A DNA stretch of 64,000 nucleotides. Source: a virus. Each line of letters opens with the position of its first letter. The first letter of the stretch is position 1. The notes under the pieces were generated by a model. It did no database searches, was not told the origin of the DNA, and saw only the letters and a program-made list of their open reading frames with translations. Of the stretch, positions 9,561 to 21,277 are shown piece after piece. The position numbers were made by a program, and so were the translations under genes. The DNA lies in IMG/VR virus record IMGVR_UViG_3300037294_000405, positions 91,283 to 155,282 of that record. One strand, written 5' to 3'.

Positions 9561-11372
9561 ATGGGTACTGATAGAATAATAAAAAGACTTGGCGTTGAAA
9601 AATCTAAATTAGCTACAAATACTGACGCTTTTTTAAAAATTAGTATTGAAGGTAATGAAAGGTTATTACCCACCAATGAAATTGATAGAATAGTCAATAT
9701 TGCTGATAGGTTTAATGTCGAAAGACAACGAAGTAAATATTATCGATTAATCGGTACAATAAACCCTTTAATTAGTAATCCTTTATTTAATTTGAATGAC
9801 CCATTATTATTAGATAAAAATACATTGGCTGGGTTTAATAATTTAGATTTTTTAGATTGGTCGTACCCAAAAGACGGTGATGTTAATGATGATGGTGATT
9901 TTACATATGCTAAATCGATTAAGTATTATTTAAAAGAAAGAGATGGTTGGTTTGGTTATTTTGACCCAGACATTACAAAATCAAGTTTATGTGGTTATTA
10001 TGATATGGAACCAAAAAGAGAACGTTTTTCTTTTTTACCAGATATCTCACCATACCATTCTCCCTCTAGTCAACCAGTTAAAAATTGGGAGTTAGTGGTA
10101 ACCTACCCAAAGTTAAGTGATAAAACACATAAATTGGTTAATGGTGGTTTATTGATAGTCGAAACGCAAACAACAGTAGTTTCAACTAGAGCAATGACAG
10201 CTATTGGTATGCCTTGTTTACATAACCTATCGATTGGTGATACGGTTAGGATAAGTGGGACTAATGGTTATAATGGTGACCACGAAGTGGTTACTTTAGG
10301 TTTAAGTAACGGTGATTACAAAGATTATTATTTTGTGATTGATGTTCCAAATACTGGGACGATAAATAACCTATCTAGAATTAAAAAACTAGTAAATGGT
10401 GTTGAGTCAGAATATTATTTTAGAAAATTTAGAAAAATTAAAACTAGAGCTACAGCTGTTATTGAAACTGATGATTATGAAACATACCAAGTTGGGTTCA
10501 GTGAAAACTTTTTTAACGACCAAATAACTCAATATGTTTTTAATGAAGATATTGATGTTAGTGATTTAACAGATAATTTAGGTAGACCACTTAGTGAAAT
10601 TTATTTGACAATAATTAAAACTGACAGTAATAATTTATTTGGTAAGGTCTCTTCTGGTATTGAAACACCTTTTATTAATCGTTTAAACACTAGTAATATA
10701 AACCCTTATTTGTTAGATATTCCAGCGATTAATAAAATACACAACGGTGCCCCATTGCCTTTTCAATCACATACACCATTAGAAAACAACGTTAAAATTA
10801 CTGACAACAATGGATTACCAAGTAATATTGATTATTATGGTGATTTAGTTGAATACAATATTGAAACATTAAATGAAATAATTTTAGCAACTGTTTCTCA
10901 TAGATTTAACACAATAAGCAGAGAAACACCAGCAACGATTAATTATGTTTTATCAACACCAACAGACGTTAATGGTCAACCAACATATGCTCAGACCAAT
11001 TTGGGGCCTAGACAAGAAGGGTACCATTATCAAGCACATCACCAAATTAAAATTAGAGAATTTTCTAACTACGTTGAAGAAGGTGATGAATTTACTGAAG
11101 GTATGCCAGATTACGTTGTAAATATGGGTGATGGTAGGTATTTATGGAGAGACTTATTAGATATTGGTTTCAATCAAACAGATGAAAGACCATTGAACTA
11201 CCCATTTTTAAATGGTAGTCATTATATGTACCAAAATCATTGTTTTTATTTAAGAAGACAAGACCAATTTTCTTTATGGAACCTCTACTATAGTAAGTTC
11301 CCAGCTGACCCAGTTGGTGAAAGAATAACAGATAATTTTACAGTAAATACAGCCAATCCAGATGTTTGTTAA
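9561..11372 (+). CDS. Putative virion structural protein
   Basis: 603 aa ORF with the same codon bias, within the structural operon. Confidence 0.65.
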   Translation: MGTDRIIKRLGVEKSKLATNTDAFLKISIEGNERLLPTNEIDRIVNIADRFNVERQRSKYYRLIGTINPLISNPLFNLNDPLLLDKNTLAGFNNLDFLDWSYPKDGDVNDDGDFTYAKSIKYYLKERDGWFGYFDPDITKSSLCGYYDMEPKRERFSFLPDISPYHSPSSQPVKNWELVVTYPKLSDKTHKLVNGGLLIVETQTTVVSTRAMTAIGMPCLHNLSIGDTVRISGTNGYNGDHEVVTLGLSNGDYKDYYFVIDVPNTGTINNLSRIKKLVNGVESEYYFRKFRKIKTRATAVIETDDYETYQVGFSENFFNDQITQYVFNEDIDVSDLTDNLGRPLSEIYLTIIKTDSNNLFGKVSSGIETPFINRLNTSNINPYLLDIPAINKIHNGAPLPFQSHTPLENNVKITDNNGLPSNIDYYGDLVEYNIETLNEIILATVSHRFNTISRETPATINYVLSTPTDVNGQPTYAQTNLGPRQEGYHYQAHHQIKIREFSNYVEEGDEFTEGMPDYVVNMGDGRYLWRDLLDIGFNQTDERPLNYPFLNGSHYMYQNHCFYLRRQDQFSLWNLYYSKFPADPVGERITDNFTVNTANPDVC

Positions 11373-12216
11373 TAAATTTAAAATAAACCTATCAACACTA
11401 GCTAGTGGTTCAACAGCTACCACTATTAATTTCCCTATTGATATGGAATACCAAATTGTGGATAATACCGAACTTATTGAAGAAGTTTTTGTTAAAACTG
11501 AAATAGAAAATTCAATTAACCCAATATTAGATTATGATAGAATTAGGTTTTTACCTTTAGATTTACAAAATAATCAAATAAATAAAATAATTTATGATGT
11601 TAAGTTGTTCGGAACAGCAAATAACTATGTTGATTATTATGGTCTTATTGGTTTTAATAATAATGATATAAAATTTAGGAAAAATAGTTTTAAAGAAACA
11701 TTTTTAAATCTATCTTTTTATGATAATGATAACCCATTAACACAAAAACTAGTAACTTTTTTAACTCTTTATGCTAATTTGAATAAAACTGATTATTTAC
11801 CTATTTCGACAACAAATGGTGTGCCTGGACAACCAGTTGATGTTTCACAAATTCCAGTTAATTTTGTGGTAGAAAACCCATTAATTAACCCTAGAGGTTT
11901 TGCTGAAGGATTTCATTTATATGATTACAAAGATAGCTTAGATATCGGTGAATCAAAACATATTTATATGAGAGCTAGTTTTAAAAACGCAAAGACTGGT
12001 AAATCGGTAAACCTTATGGTTAAAAATATCGCACAACCAATCGATAAATTAGTTCATGAATTATATACAAGATATAGAATGACTAGAACATCTACGGGTT
12101 ATTATTATGAAATAGATAATGTATACCATGGTAATACAGGTACTAGTAGGGCTAATAACGTAACTTATAATGGTAATACTTGTAAAGTTACATTGTATGA
12201 AATAAAAGCAACATAA
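11362..12216 (+). CDS. Putative virion structural protein
   Basis: 284 aa ORF overlapping both neighbours (translational coupling). Confidence 0.65.
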   Translation: MFVNKFKINLSTLASGSTATTINFPIDMEYQIVDNTELIEEVFVKTEIENSINPILDYDRIRFLPLDLQNNQINKIIYDVKLFGTANNYVDYYGLIGFNNNDIKFRKNSFKETFLNLSFYDNDNPLTQKLVTFLTLYANLNKTDYLPISTTNGVPGQPVDVSQIPVNFVVENPLINPRGFAEGFHLYDYKDSLDIGESKHIYMRASFKNAKTGKSVNLMVKNIAQPIDKLVHELYTRYRMTRTSTGYYYEIDNVYHGNTGTSRANNVTYNGNTCKVTLYEIKAT

Positions 12217-13088
12217 TGGAAATAATTAAAAGAAAAATATTGTTAGAGGATAGTATTGATAGAGGTAATGGTAGCGATAAATGGGGTACTATTACAGCAT
12301 CTACTTTTTATTTGAATATTTTATTAACTCAAAATATTGATGATATGGGGTTATTTACTGATTCAGAATTTATCTCACAAGACAAGGAAAATACATCTGT
12401 TGATTATGGTGTTTTAATTTCTAAATTAAACACGTTAGGTTATTCTTTTCCTTTTATGCTTGGAGCTGTACCTCAAACATTAACAAATTTGTATGGTACC
12501 GATAAATTAACTGTTAGGTTACCAAATTCAAATGAATCGGATTATTATATTTTTGGTAATTTACCAATTACTGGTAAAACCGATAGTAAAATTGAAGACG
12601 TAAAATCTTACAAAAGTAACGACCAATTTAGGATTAATTTTAACACAGCGACAGAAACTTATGAAAACTACAATGGTTTAACGGTTATGGGTGTTGATAG
12701 AATAAAATCAATGGGTGAACCTAAGATTTATGTTTTTGATACTGAAAACGATGTTAATTTAGGTACTATAAATCAAACAACAGGTATTCAATACATGGAT
12801 TATAGCGGTAATACTGAAATAAATATTAATGGTGTTTTAGAATTTATACCTTTAAATACTTTTAGGTTTATAGGTGAAGGTTGGAATAAAACAAATGTTT
12901 CTTTATCTGCATTAACCAAAGAAGAATATTTATTTGGTATTATTTCTCCACCAGAAGTACAAAGTGATGTATTTATAGATAGAGGTTCAACCAGTGTGTT
13001 GGATATGCATTTAAAATTATCTGAAATAGGTAATATTTCAGAGTTAACTAGATACGGAAACGGTTATTATAAATTAAATAAACAATAA
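12216..13088 (+). CDS. Putative virion structural protein
   Basis: 290 aa ORF, TAATG-coupled to the upstream gene. Confidence 0.65.
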   Translation: MEIIKRKILLEDSIDRGNGSDKWGTITASTFYLNILLTQNIDDMGLFTDSEFISQDKENTSVDYGVLISKLNTLGYSFPFMLGAVPQTLTNLYGTDKLTVRLPNSNESDYYIFGNLPITGKTDSKIEDVKSYKSNDQFRINFNTATETYENYNGLTVMGVDRIKSMGEPKIYVFDTENDVNLGTINQTTGIQYMDYSGNTEININGVLEFIPLNTFRFIGEGWNKTNVSLSALTKEEYLFGIISPPEVQSDVFIDRGSTSVLDMHLKLSEIGNISELTRYGNGYYKLNKQ

Positions 13089-13226
13089 AAATATACTTTT
13101 AAAAAAAAATGTTATATTAAATAAAAACAAAACAATACGAAAAAATAAATTGGGTTAATAAAATGTAAACCAGTTAAAATTTTAGTAGTTGATAAAAATA
13201 ACAAAATTATTAATAAACAAATATAA

Positions 13227-14165
13227 ATGTATTTTGCAACAGGAACATATGGAGTAGTTAGACCAGCAGATATATCACCAGAAGACGTAGAGATATTTTA
13301 TCATTTTACACCATCTAGAGATACAATCGGTGATGAAAAATTAAATAAATTAGACCCATCAGAGGTTTTAATAAAAATAGATAATCCAAACAAAGGGCAA
13401 TCAAATGTAACTGGTTTTGAGGTTTTTGGTGGTATGTATACACTTAAATTACCTGTAGCCACATTCGGTGTTAAAGGATTTTACACTATAATTATAAAAC
13501 CAATTGAAATAAGAACATCAATAGTTGATGTTGGTGTTTTATCAGCTTATCCAGATATCAAAGGTTTGGTATTTGATATGTCAAACATCCCAGCAAATTT
13601 TTTAAATAGATTTGAAAATAACGGTTTGGTTGGTTATAGGGTTGAATATTTAAACACTGATGGTTCAGCTAATTCGGTTACTGACGCTAAGATAAATAAT
13701 TTTTTTAGAGTTATCACTTCAAATAATAGAGCTGAACCAGTTAATCAAAACCTTACTAATTCCAACCAAAAAGCTATTAGATATAGGTTTAATGACAATT
13801 CAACACTTACTTTTTGTACTGTATCACCAGCTTCAGCCTCCAATGTAAAACCAAATGCGTTACCTTTTATCGGGCAACCAAACCAAAAAGTTATTATAAC
13901 AAATACTTACTTTAACCCAGTTATGCTTGAAGTTGAGATGGTAGAACATGACATAGAAACAATCGCATTTGCGTTATTTGGTAATCAAAGCAAAAGTCTT
14001 GATGATGGGATTTATACTATATACAATTTCAATAACGATATTTACAAACAATACAACTTATATGAAATAAAAGATAAGTTTACTGGTAAACCATTATTTG
14101 AAGTTAGAGAGGAACGTGCTAGTATAGATTTTAACAAAACATTTAATAATATAACAACAATCTAA
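13227..14165 (+). CDS. Putative virion structural protein
   Basis: 312 aa ORF in the structural block. Confidence 0.65.
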   Translation: MYFATGTYGVVRPADISPEDVEIFYHFTPSRDTIGDEKLNKLDPSEVLIKIDNPNKGQSNVTGFEVFGGMYTLKLPVATFGVKGFYTIIIKPIEIRTSIVDVGVLSAYPDIKGLVFDMSNIPANFLNRFENNGLVGYRVEYLNTDGSANSVTDAKINNFFRVITSNNRAEPVNQNLTNSNQKAIRYRFNDNSTLTFCTVSPASASNVKPNALPFIGQPNQKVIITNTYFNPVMLEVEMVEHDIETIAFALFGNQSKSLDDGIYTIYNFNNDIYKQYNLYEIKDKFTGKPLFEVREERASIDFNKTFNNITTI

Positions 14166-14173
14166 CATAAAAA

Positions 14174-17173
14174 ATGAGTGATAACATTAAAGTAGCTGGA
14201 TATGTAAAAAAAGAAACTTACAACGGTAATATAGAGTATAGAAATTTTAGCCCAGACCTAGTTGGTCTTCAACTAACTAGTGATGAGGCGTTGTTTACTA
14301 TGGGTAATTTTTCTATCACTACAAATATGGACCCTAAAAAAGATAAGTCTTATAATACGGGTAAATTTTCTGATTATTATTCTTTAGAAAACTTAAATTT
14401 AACGGTTCAACAAACACAAACCCTTTTAAATAACAACGCTGGTGTCATATTAAATTTAGATAAAACTAAATTAAAATATTACGCTATGTTTGGTTCTTTG
14501 GTTGAATTTGTGCGTGTTAGTTTAGAAGAAATAATAACTAAATGGCCAGCATCTTTATTTTTATCTCCTTTCATTATTAATGATTTAGGGCAATCAATAG
14601 TTGATAACACATATTCTGATTATTCTTATGATTTAATTTCTAATTCAGCAACTTTTAAAATAAACACATCATTAATCACCAACAAATTCAATATTAATTA
14701 TTTAAAAAATGGAACTATTGTTAACACATTTAATGAAACAAACGATATTAGAAATTTAACAGTTAACTATGGTTCGTATGTTATATTAAGAGATAATTTA
14801 GAATATGATGTGATAGGTTTTACTGGTTCTACTGAATTAACTAATGATTATATTTATTTTAAAGTTAAAGGTGATGTTTTTTCTGGTCAACAAACAACAA
14901 TTAATTACCATATAAAACCTAGTAAGATAAATGAAGATTTATTTTTCAATGGTTTAAGTAATTTTGAAGGTTATTTATTAAATAGAAAATCATCTCCAAA
15001 ATATAAAGCAACTTTTAATTCACCTATTATTTCAGAACAAGGTATAGTACTTTACGTAGATAAAGATATAATTTGGCCAGTATCTGATGGGTATAATATT
15101 GATTTTGATAGTGGTGAATATATTGATTATGTTTCACAATTACTAAAAATTTCAGAAGATAATGACTTAAGTAATAGTAATTTAATGAATAGATTCTTAG
15201 TGTCTGAGTCTATTTCTGATTTTGATACGACTCCAGTTCATTTAGCTGAAGAACATTTGGATACTTCTGGTCAAAAAATTAATAAAACACTTAGCATTTA
15301 TGGTAGGTCTTTTGATGATATAAACACATTTATTTACAGTATTTCATTTGCGAATGTTGTTACTTATAATAAACAAGATAACATGCCAGACAAATACTTA
15401 AAAGATTTGGCAAACGTTTTGGGATGGGATTTAATTTCTTCTATTTTAGAAAATAATTTACTGAAGAATTACGTTAAAACTTCAAAGTCAATATATTCTG
15501 GTGAAGAAGTTGGTTTAACCGACATTGAAGCTGATGTAGAATTATGGAGAAGAATTATATTAAACTCTCCTTGGATATGGAAATCGAAAGGTGCACGTAA
15601 ATCTGTTGAGTTTTTACTTAAATTTATTGGTACACCAAAAGGTTTAATTGAGTTTAATGAGTATGTTTATTTAGCGGATGCACCTATAAATACTGAACTT
15701 TTCCAAAAAATATTAGAGTTAAATAATTTAGATAATGATTTGAGTCTTTATCCAATAGATAATGATGGGTACCCTAAATTTTTCGAAGATAACCCAAACA
15801 TGTATTTCCAATCCGATGGTCTTTGGTATAGGGAAACTGGTGGAAGCGGTTCAACAATAGATATTCTAAACGGAAATAACCCACACGCTGGCCCATACGA
15901 TGGTGGTAGTAAATACATCAATCAATTAAGAAAACTTATACCTAATTTTTCGGCAGTAACTATTACTGCTGAAACAGTATCTAGTGGGTCAACTAATTTG
16001 TTTATTAATTATGATTTAGGTCAAATTACTGATTATGTTGGTGATACTTATGTGGATGTTATTAACACTGATGGTACAAACTTAAGTGATTGTATTGTAT
16101 ATACTGCCGAAATAGTAAAAGACCCAATACCAGAAGATGTTTTAACAGCTTGTGGTTGTCCACGTGGTTTAGGTGATGATGCTTTGAGTGTTTGTGTTAA
16201 GAAAATAGAAAAACCACAACCAAAACCATGTAGTGGGTTTATTTTCACACCAAAAAAAAATACCGATACAGGTTATTATGTTTTCAGTTATTACCAATAT
16301 AACCAAGATGGTTCAGTGTTCGAATCAAATGGTCAACCCATAATTAGAACGTCTAATTTTACTGACAGAGAATGTTGTAAAGCACTAAACGGAAAATCAG
16401 TATATAGTGAATTTGTCGACCCAATAACTAATAATGTGGAAAGCGGTTATGTTTGTTGTTTTAGTGAAAAATGTGGGTGTAGTACATCATGTAATTGGGT
16501 GTTAAATAATGAACCATTATATTTAGATAACAACGCTTTTTTATCGTTTATAACTCTTTACGGTGCTGGAGTAAACAAAGTGACTTTACCAGACGCATCA
16601 GCTTGCCCAGTTGGATGGACAACACCTGTGACAAATATAGTGGACCCATTTACAAATGAAATAGGTGTTGGTTGTAAATTAACAACATATGGTTTACAAA
16701 ATTACCAAACATTAGTAACTTTATTTGCGAATAGAGCTGATAAGGGTGATTGTTGTAATTTTAATTGGCCAACATTATCAGCACCATCTATTGTTTATAG
16801 AATATATTCTAAGGTAGTTTATCCTAACAAAGATAATTCACAAATGATGGTTTATGAGTTTAACAACGCAACAATAGAACAAGTTAAGTGTGTAACGTTA
16901 AATTATGGAACATTATATGTTAGTAGCGGTATAATCGGTCAAACTCCATTACCATGGAGTTTTACACCAATTACTGTGGGTACACAATTATATGTTTCAA
17001 ACACTTTAGGTGCTGCACCATATAATACATTAAACGGTAACTTTTCAATAGATGTTACTAGTGTAAATAGTACAATAAATACTGGTTTACAATTAAACCA
17101 AAAATACGTTATTCAAGTTAATAACGGTGTGGTTACAAACATTATTAATTTTAATACGCTACCAGCGTGTTAA
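14174..17173 (+). CDS. Putative baseplate/tail protein with Cys-rich C-terminal region
   Basis: 999 aa. L..LANVLGW and WKSKGARKSVEFLL resemble tail protein I/baseplate wedge motifs. Confidence 0.6.
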   Translation: MSDNIKVAGYVKKETYNGNIEYRNFSPDLVGLQLTSDEALFTMGNFSITTNMDPKKDKSYNTGKFSDYYSLENLNLTVQQTQTLLNNNAGVILNLDKTKLKYYAMFGSLVEFVRVSLEEIITKWPASLFLSPFIINDLGQSIVDNTYSDYSYDLISNSATFKINTSLITNKFNINYLKNGTIVNTFNETNDIRNLTVNYGSYVILRDNLEYDVIGFTGSTELTNDYIYFKVKGDVFSGQQTTINYHIKPSKINEDLFFNGLSNFEGYLLNRKSSPKYKATFNSPIISEQGIVLYVDKDIIWPVSDGYNIDFDSGEYIDYVSQLLKISEDNDLSNSNLMNRFLVSESISDFDTTPVHLAEEHLDTSGQKINKTLSIYGRSFDDINTFIYSISFANVVTYNKQDNMPDKYLKDLANVLGWDLISSILENNLLKNYVKTSKSIYSGEEVGLTDIEADVELWRRIILNSPWIWKSKGARKSVEFLLKFIGTPKGLIEFNEYVYLADAPINTELFQKILELNNLDNDLSLYPIDNDGYPKFFEDNPNMYFQSDGLWYRETGGSGSTIDILNGNNPHAGPYDGGSKYINQLRKLIPNFSAVTITAETVSSGSTNLFINYDLGQITDYVGDTYVDVINTDGTNLSDCIVYTAEIVKDPIPEDVLTACGCPRGLGDDALSVCVKKIEKPQPKPCSGFIFTPKKNTDTGYYVFSYYQYNQDGSVFESNGQPIIRTSNFTDRECCKALNGKSVYSEFVDPITNNVESGYVCCFSEKCGCSTSCNWVLNNEPLYLDNNAFLSFITLYGAGVNKVTLPDASACPVGWTTPVTNIVDPFTNEIGVGCKLTTYGLQNYQTLVTLFANRADKGDCCNFNWPTLSAPSIVYRIYSKVVYPNKDNSQMMVYEFNNATIEQVKCVTLNYGTLYVSSGIIGQTPLPWSFTPITVGTQLYVSNTLGAAPYNTLNGNFSIDVTSVNSTINTGLQLNQKYVIQVNNGVVTNIINFNTLPAC

Positions 17174-17208
17174 AAAAAAATTAAAGAATATTTATAATAA
17201 AAAATAAA

Positions 17209-19830
17209 ATGGGAATAAACCTAACAGATATAATCAGAGGGTGTAATGTATTTTGGAGTTCCGTTATAGCGCAAAATGGTTTGGTTAAAAATACAGACGG
17301 CACTATTTCTGTATATTTACCCAATAGTAATGGTGCACCATCACCAACATATGTATCGCAACAATGTTGTAGTGTTTTGGCTGAAATAACAAGCGAACCA
17401 TATTATTATGATTTAGACGCTCAAAAATGTAGATGGTCTGATAAGTCTAGTATAGATTGTGCGGATAACCAACCAATTAAAATAGTCTTAAATCCAAAGG
17501 GTAATGACGGAACTATTTTCTATCTTCAAGATAATGAAAAATGTTCTTTGGTTGTCGATTTTGATTATTTGTTTAAACTAGACTGCGAAATGCTTAGTAA
17601 AGTATTATCACAAACTAGTGTTAGTAACCCAATTTTACACAACCAAATTTTTATATTACAACAACAAATTGATGAACAAACAGTTAGGTGTGAGGAGATA
17701 AACACGCAGTTACTTTATTTGCTAGACCAATATGATAAAACAAGTTATTCGATAACATGCGATAGATTCCCATCTATGGCAATCATTGATTTGGAAGCAA
17801 TCGAATATTTGCCAAGTGAAATTATAAAACCAACACAAACACAAAAAGAGCCTTTTACTAGAACTGGGTTTAACGGAGGGTTAGCACCTTTTTCTTTTCC
17901 TAGGATAAAACACACTAGTGTTAATTTTTGTTTAACAACTGAGGGTCTTACTATTTGGCAAAATATTTTGGGTCCTAATAAATACCAACAGTTTTTAAAT
18001 GGTGACCCATCATCTTATACATGCGAAGATGTCATCAATATATACAATCAAAATCAAACATTATTATCAATAACCAGAAACGTTAACCCACTTATTTTAG
18101 AATGTACAACGCTTTTTGGTACTAAAACAGAAATTAAAAATAAAATAGATGCACTTGTAGTTAAACAAACTGAATGTAATGATTTATTGCTAACCTTACA
18201 AACAGAATTGGATAATTTACTAACGCAGCAACAAGACTTAACTGTTAGTTGTAGTACACCGATTGGTGTTATGGAAAATTTAAGTGTTTCTATGAGTATA
18301 GATATTGTCGATGATGACGGTAATCTAACAACAGCTTATGAAGATAATTTTTTTCCATCTATAGGTGCTGGTAATTTATATAATTATTTAACTTCCAACC
18401 CAACAAATAGTGGTTTCTTTGTTTGTGGTGAACCTAGCGCTAACGAATCTTGGGCTACTGGGTGCACACCATTAAGTTACCCAGAATTATCACCACAAAT
18501 TCAAGGTGATAATGTTATTGATGGTCAAACAAACGTTTCAAACTGTTTAAGGATTAGAGATTACATTTTACAAGAGTTATTTAACCAATCTGAATTGGGT
18601 GGACAAACAAATGGCCAATCAGTGTTTAATAATTCATTATCGCCAACAATATTATCTTCTTCGTGGTTACAATACACCAATTTTATTGATGATGTTGACG
18701 TAATTAATATGATTACCAACAAAAAAATTAAGTTAAGTCTTAATATTAATAGTAGTTGTGGTGATTTTTGTGTTATGATTGATAGGATTTCGTTAACAAA
18801 ACAATGTGTTGATGTTGACGGTACTAATCTGTTTATCAGTCAATCACCAGGTTTTAATATAACTAGAGTTGTCGACAATAAAAAATCTTGGGTGAATAAC
18901 ACAGATTTAGTAAATAGAGAATTTGATATTAAAAACGTTAGTGGTTTTAATAGTATTAGACAAACAGATTATGATGTATTTGATGAAAGATTGGTAATCA
19001 ACACCAAAGAAATTGATTTAGATATGAATATCGCTTCTGCGGTGGAACATGATGTTTGGTGTTATTTATCAGATAACCCATGTTTATTGACTGGTGTAAC
19101 ATATTGTGACCCATGCGTTCTTTGTGGTGATAAAACTTTTCAAGATGACGAATGTTTTAATTTTCAAGATTCTAACGTTTATGATTTTATGGACAGCACG
19201 TCAAATAATATCCAATTATTTTCACAATCATATTGTTGTGGTGACAACCAAATAGATTTTACTAGTTTGTTTACAACTGATTTATCAACAATTAAAACAA
19301 TTGATAAATTCCAAAATTTATTGGTTTCCGAATTAATAAATGTTAAAAACAGACAAACAATATCTGGGTATCCAACACTTAAAGCACTATACGAAAGATA
19401 CTTAAATAGTTTAGATTATTGTATTACAAAAAGTTCTGCTTTTGACTATTATACAATGGACCAATTTGCTAATCTTATAGGTGATTATTGGGTTGATGTA
19501 ATCGAACAAGTTATTCCAGCGACAACAATTTGGGGTAGTGTTAAAATTTATACCAATACAATATTTGACCAACAGAAGTTTAAATATAAACAATATTCCT
19601 CATTATTCGGTAGTAACCCTTTTGAATATTTAAACGTATTAAGTCCGATAAATGGAGTTTCTGGTCAGTGTCAAAACATCGATGTTGTTACAAGTGTTAT
19701 TTCAACACCAAAAGAAGGTGAGTTAAGACCAAAACCAGTATATAATCATTTAGATAAACTTTGTGTTTCGCAGATGAATTGGGGTTCTGAATTTATAGGT
19801 AGCGTGGCTATTATAGAGATTAAAGATTAA
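17209..19830 (+). CDS. Putative virion structural protein (Cys-rich, coiled-coil segments)
   Basis: 873 aa ORF preceded by ATATTTATA (17188). Confidence 0.6.
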   Translation: MGINLTDIIRGCNVFWSSVIAQNGLVKNTDGTISVYLPNSNGAPSPTYVSQQCCSVLAEITSEPYYYDLDAQKCRWSDKSSIDCADNQPIKIVLNPKGNDGTIFYLQDNEKCSLVVDFDYLFKLDCEMLSKVLSQTSVSNPILHNQIFILQQQIDEQTVRCEEINTQLLYLLDQYDKTSYSITCDRFPSMAIIDLEAIEYLPSEIIKPTQTQKEPFTRTGFNGGLAPFSFPRIKHTSVNFCLTTEGLTIWQNILGPNKYQQFLNGDPSSYTCEDVINIYNQNQTLLSITRNVNPLILECTTLFGTKTEIKNKIDALVVKQTECNDLLLTLQTELDNLLTQQQDLTVSCSTPIGVMENLSVSMSIDIVDDDGNLTTAYEDNFFPSIGAGNLYNYLTSNPTNSGFFVCGEPSANESWATGCTPLSYPELSPQIQGDNVIDGQTNVSNCLRIRDYILQELFNQSELGGQTNGQSVFNNSLSPTILSSSWLQYTNFIDDVDVINMITNKKIKLSLNINSSCGDFCVMIDRISLTKQCVDVDGTNLFISQSPGFNITRVVDNKKSWVNNTDLVNREFDIKNVSGFNSIRQTDYDVFDERLVINTKEIDLDMNIASAVEHDVWCYLSDNPCLLTGVTYCDPCVLCGDKTFQDDECFNFQDSNVYDFMDSTSNNIQLFSQSYCCGDNQIDFTSLFTTDLSTIKTIDKFQNLLVSELINVKNRQTISGYPTLKALYERYLNSLDYCITKSSAFDYYTMDQFANLIGDYWVDVIEQVIPATTIWGSVKIYTNTIFDQQKFKYKQYSSLFGSNPFEYLNVLSPINGVSGQCQNIDVVTSVISTPKEGELRPKPVYNHLDKLCVSQMNWGSEFIGSVAIIEIKD

Positions 19831-19929
19831 TAAAAAAATAAATTTAAAAACAAATGTGTTTTTAATTAAATGAAATAAAGACCTTGTTTCAATAAAATAA
19901 TATATTTATATATAAAAGAAAAGAAAAAA

Positions 19930-21030
19930 ATGAAATTAACTAGTAGAAACATAGCCCCTTCAGTTGGTTTGGACGATATTCTCCACATCGTTTTGGTAAA
20001 CGACCAATCACAAGACCCTTACGGTAGTTCTTATAAAGCTACGGTTCAACAACTTTTGAACAATATAGCTTTACCCACTGACGTAACAGTTACTGGCGGT
20101 ACTTATAATTCTGGGATAGCAACATTCGCCAATAACACAGGTGGTACGTTTAATGTAACAGGTTTTTTAACTGGTGATAGTCTTTGGGAAGTTGGTTCAA
20201 CGGGTGTCGCCTCAATCAAAGCCATTAATGGTACTGGATTAGATGCGACAGGTGATTATGCAGTTGCTGAAGGTAATGGGACACAAGCTAATGGTGAAGC
20301 ATCACACGCTGAAGGTTTTGAATCGGTAGCTGTTGGGAGCGCATCACACGCTGAAGGTAATGGGGCACAAGCTAATGGTGAAGCATCACACGCTGAAGGT
20401 GATACAACACAAGCTAATGGTAATTATTCACACGCTGAAGGTATATACACACTAGCTAATGGTGAAGCATCACACGCTGAAGGTGATACAACACAAGCTA
20501 ATGGTAATTATTCACACGCTGAAGGTATATACACACTAGCTAGTGGTAATGGTTCACATGCCGAAGGTGGTAATTTCATTCTAGGTATTTTCCCAACACC
20601 AAATGTTTGGATATCTGGAGGTACAGCTTCTGGTAGTGGCTCTCACGCTGAGGGGTTAGGAACTAAAGCTAGTGGTATATCTAGTCACGCTGAAGGCTTT
20701 GGGGCGATAGCTGGTGGTGATGCATCACATGCTGAAGGTACTGGCACAATGGCAATGGGTATTTCATCACATGCTGGTGGTATTGAAAGCATTGCTAGTG
20801 GTAGTTATTCATTTGTTCATGGTTATGGTTCAACGGCTAGTCATGTTAATACGATTGTTTTAGGTGCCGAAATTAATAGTACTGTGGATAATGCAACATA
20901 TGTTGATAGATTAAGTATTAAAACATACGGACCATACGATGATGACGCTCAAGCTGATGCAGATACATCGATGCCTTCTGGTGGTCTTTATTTGTTAATA
21001 GGTTCTAGAGCAGTTTATCTAAAACCATAA
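19930..21030 (+). CDS. Tail fibre/adhesin-like protein with 14-aa SHAEG beta-roll repeats (YadA-head-like)
   Basis: About 12 repeats of A.G..SHAEG..T. Confidence 0.7.
   Translation: MKLTSRNIAPSVGLDDILHIVLVNDQSQDPYGSSYKATVQQLLNNIALPTDVTVTGGTYNSGIATFANNTGGTFNVTGFLTGDSLWEVGSTGVASIKAINGTGLDATGDYAVAEGNGTQANGEASHAEGFESVAVGSASHAEGNGAQANGEASHAEGDTTQANGNYSHAEGIYTLANGEASHAEGDTTQANGNYSHAEGIYTLASGNGSHAEGGNFILGIFPTPNVWISGGTASGSGSHAEGLGTKASGISSHAEGFGAIAGGDASHAEGTGTMAMGISSHAGGIESIASGSYSFVHGYGSTASHVNTIVLGAEINSTVDNATYVDRLSIKTYGPYDDDAQADADTSMPSGGLYLLIGSRAVYLKP
20371..20538 (+). repeat. Perfect 84-bp tandem duplication inside the SHAEG-repeat gene
   Basis: 20371-20454 is identical to 20455-20538. Confidence 0.9.
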
Positions 21031-21034
21031 TATT

Positions 21035-21277
21035 ATGCCTAAATTAATCAAAAACATACAAGGTGAAGTGTTAACGAATGTTATAGATAATATTAGTTAT
21101 ATTTCCACAATTACAGGTGAGATACAACAAGAAGATTTCATTAACTTGAACGGTTTTGTTGCGTATTTACAGAATTTAACAAAAGCAGAAGAAACAACTG
21201 CTTTGACTATTCCACAATCTTTTGGTTTACAGAATAGTTATAATAAAACAATGATTACACTAGAAATAAATTACTAA
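21035..21277 (+). CDS. Hypothetical protein
   Basis: 80 aa ORF coupled to the next gene. Confidence 0.65.
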   Translation: MPKLIKNIQGEVLTNVIDNISYISTITGEIQQEDFINLNGFVAYLQNLTKAEETTALTIPQSFGLQNSYNKTMITLEINY

